A DNA stretch of 63,042 nt, counting the filler, from Folioceros fuciformis (taxonomy: Eukaryota): NCBI GenBank assembly GCA_049999805.1. It is 34 parts of 34 records of this genome, joined end to end, with 100 filler letters (N's around TTAATTAATTAA, not from the genome) between each part and the next. Parts side by side here need not be neighbours in the genome. Positions count along the whole stretch, not along the records: positions 60,372 to 63,042 come from JBNGIO010002598.1; 33 more parts are not named here. One strand, written 5' to 3'. The notes under the pieces were generated by a model. The model searched no databases, was not told the origin of the DNA, and worked only from the letters and a program-made list of their open reading frames with translations. The position numbers and the translations under genes were made by a program. Below are positions 60,372 to 63,042 of the stretch, piece by piece. The stretch's first letter is position 1; every line of letters starts with the position of its first letter.

Positions 60372-63042
60372 GAAGGTGGTCTTCTCCTGATCTTCTTTTC
60401 GCAGAGAAATCTGATTGTAGCCAGAATACCCGTCCAGGAAGTTGTACATCTCGTGGCCCGCGACGGTATCCAGCACACTGTCCAGGAAGGGCAAAGGGTG
60501 GTGATCCTTCTTGGTGGCCTCATTCAGTTTACGGAAGTCCTGACAGACCCTGACCTTCCCCGGCTGTTTCTTGGGCACTACCACGATGGGAGCCACCCAA
60601 TCACTGGTGCGGACGGGGTAAATTACTCCCGCCTCCAGATACTGGTCCAGTTGCTCTTTCACCACCATCAAATACTTGGGATTCAACCGATATTGCTTCA
60701 CCCTCATCGGAGTGCTTCCTTCCTTCAGGTCGATACGATGAATTCCCAACTCTTCTGGTATTCTAGTCATATCGGTTACTTTGAACGCGAATACATCAAT
60801 GTATTCCTGTAGGAGGGCCTTCAGTCCCTCTCGCTCCTCGGGCCGCAAATGTTTGGACACTTTGACACTCTTACCAGGCTCAAGTTCCATTTCTTCCACC
60901 GCATCGGGGTCGACATAGACCCCCTCGGGACTGCTGCCTACAGTCATCACGGATCCCCATTCGGGAAAATCCCGATCAAAAGCTCGCCCCTTCCAAAAAG
61001 CCGAGCCTTCCCTTCGACCTTCGTCTTCCTCCCCGGGGGACTCCTTCCAGGCGATGGGTGTTTCCGCGAGCGGAGGCGAGCCCTCCTCCGGTCTGTCCTC
61101 CACAATCGCATCCACCCGATAGCACCGCGGGTCGTCAGTGTGCCTCTCCTCCGAGTAGAGTCCTTGATATGCCCCCGAGGAGCTGTCGCCTGTTCCTCCG
61201 GAAGTGTAACCTGCTGTGGGCGGTTCAGTCTCCCGTCCGTAGGGCACTCACCTCGAGGAGACAAAAGCGGTCCCCTTGGCCCCTGCTTGTCGAGTTGTAA
61301 AGGTGACGCCTCGCCTCCCGAAATCGAAGACGCTTGGTGCCGTACAACCATGGCCTTCCCAGGAGAACCTTATACCTCAAATCAGACACAGGTCGCATAA
61401 CAATGTAGGTCAGATAGAAGGTGACTCCTACAATCACTGTGGGCACATCCCGAAGTACTCCCAAGGGTTTCCTCTTGGTTTGATCAGCCATGCGTAGATA
61501 AACTCGGGCCGGTGTGAACTCCGTAAAATCCAGACGATGCGCTGTTTCTTCAATCATCAAGTTGACCCCAGACCCGGTATCCAGTGGTACCTCTGAGATT
61601 AGGCAACCTGCCACCTCAATCTCGATTTCAGGTGCCTCGCGATCCACCAACTCCACTAGATTGACCTCCGCGAACGCGTTCTTCATAGTTAAGGGTTTCG
61701 GTATTCCGCGAATTGTCTCCTTCACGATCTTGCAAGATCTTGGGCTGACTACCAATAGTTACCGCAAGCTAATCACGAACTCATGGTCGAGAAGGGCGTC
61801 TGCAAAGTTTGCGATCTGGTCCGAGAGGGTTGGTCGCCCTGACCTGCCGTCATCATTTCCTGGATCCCCATGCAACCTTGAAACCACTTTCGAGTGAGCG
61901 GGGCTCGAAGGTTGGGCAAGTTCACCTCCATTCGTCCCTTCGGGTAGTTCCCCCAAACTCACTCACCGTGGCTGCTGTGTTAGCCGCCGTAGCTCCTCCT
62001 CCAACATCGTCGCCAACTTGCGACTGATGTCGGGGGGAAATCCTCGATCTTCTTTTGGCGACGCGGCTGGGGCAGCTTCTGCAGCCCCCGTGCCCCTTGC
62101 CTCGGGCTCCCCTGACGCTCCGGCGTCTTCCGTTGGCGCGCTCTCACCCTCCCGAGGACTGCTACAAATCTTGGGAGGCCAAGGGGAATCTTCCCTGATC
62201 TTTCGCTTCTTCTTCTCCCCTTTTCCGCGACGCCTCTCCCGGTAATCCAGCTCTCGCGCTCTTCTCCCAGGGCGCGTGGTGACTCTTGCCACGTCCAATC
62301 CTTCCCCATCACTGACCTCGCCAACATAGCCTTCTTCCATGATTCCCAAGTAGACATGGGTATCCTTCATCGTGTCAAACTCTGCCGCAACCTGCATAAC
62401 AGGAGTCACAGTGATAGCCATCTCGGTGTTCACGGGAGATCCGTCCGCTGCAGAGTTAGAAGCTTTGACCCCTAGTCGAGATGGGACAACACGTGGGATG
62501 CCTGAACAGCGTGGATCACCCACTTTGTGGCCAAGTTCCTTGCACACCTAACAAAACAGAATGTACCCCATCTGCCGCCTTGGCTTGAGACATTCATGGG
62601 CATAATGACCAGGTGCAGCACAATTATAGCAGCACCCAGCTAAAGCTGACATCGATCGTTGAGATGAATCAGGCCTCCAATGGCCAGGAGTAATCAGGCG
62701 CGGCCCATACCGCATGGCTGGGGGTGCCATCGATTGATAGGTGGCTCTCATCGATTGGGGTGGATGGGCCGCTGTGACCGCCTGCACTTGATAGGTCTCA
62801 TCGACATACCAATAATCTCCAGGCGCATACGCGCCCACCTGGTTGACCACATGTCTTCGTGCCTTGGGGCACTCACGGTTGGTGTGTCCTACTTGATGAC
62901 ATATGGAACAGTACACCGACTGCCTAGCCGGAGAGGGAGATCGTCGTGGAGCCTGATTTTTCACCACCTTGACCTCCAACTCCATGAACCGCCTGGTCAG
63001 GGCCTCCAACTGATCCGTGAGGACAACGCTGCCCGCGGAGGG
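60372..63042 (-). mobile_element. Ty3/Gypsy gag-protease-RT (Athila/Tat-like RT), degenerate
   Basis: Three knuckles; protease LDTGSG...LLGRPWL; RT PIVVVPKK..RVCQDFRKLN.ATKKDHHPLP..FLDGYSGYNQI. Confidence 0.93.

Overview
This window is not a contiguous locus. It is 34 short unplaced contigs (about 1.0-6.2 kb) joined by 33 artificial 100-bp linkers (N44-TTAATTAATTAA-N44), so adjacency across linkers means nothing biologically. Most contigs look like land-plant nuclear DNA, probably from a non-seed plant (inference). Host genes recognised: a complete 9-exon CYP85-clan (CYP707A-like) P450, a thaumatin-like gene, a DUF4228/PADRE gene, a Gnk2/DUF26-like secreted protein and tRNA-Val(CAC). Partial genes: a VFB/SKIP2-type F-box LRR protein, a lipid phosphate phosphatase, a CIPK-like kinase and a GDSL lipase. 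There are many degenerate Copia and Gypsy fragments and LTRs, plus a LINE ORF1. The most notable items are: (1) a stop-interrupted, prokaryote-type beta-class N4-C/N6-A DNA methyltransferase reading frame (28078-29283, minus); (2) three AT-rich contigs with a fungal RIP signature, one holding a chromodomain that can be restored by reversing RIP; (3) a fragment of an M23 peptidoglycan peptidase (DipM/NlpD-like); (4) a compensated double frameshift in the thaumatin gene; (5) an inverted copy of the P450 last exon just downstream of the gene; (6) a LETM1-like/CCT5 chimeric retrocopy. All family calls come from motif recognition by eye; no searches were run.
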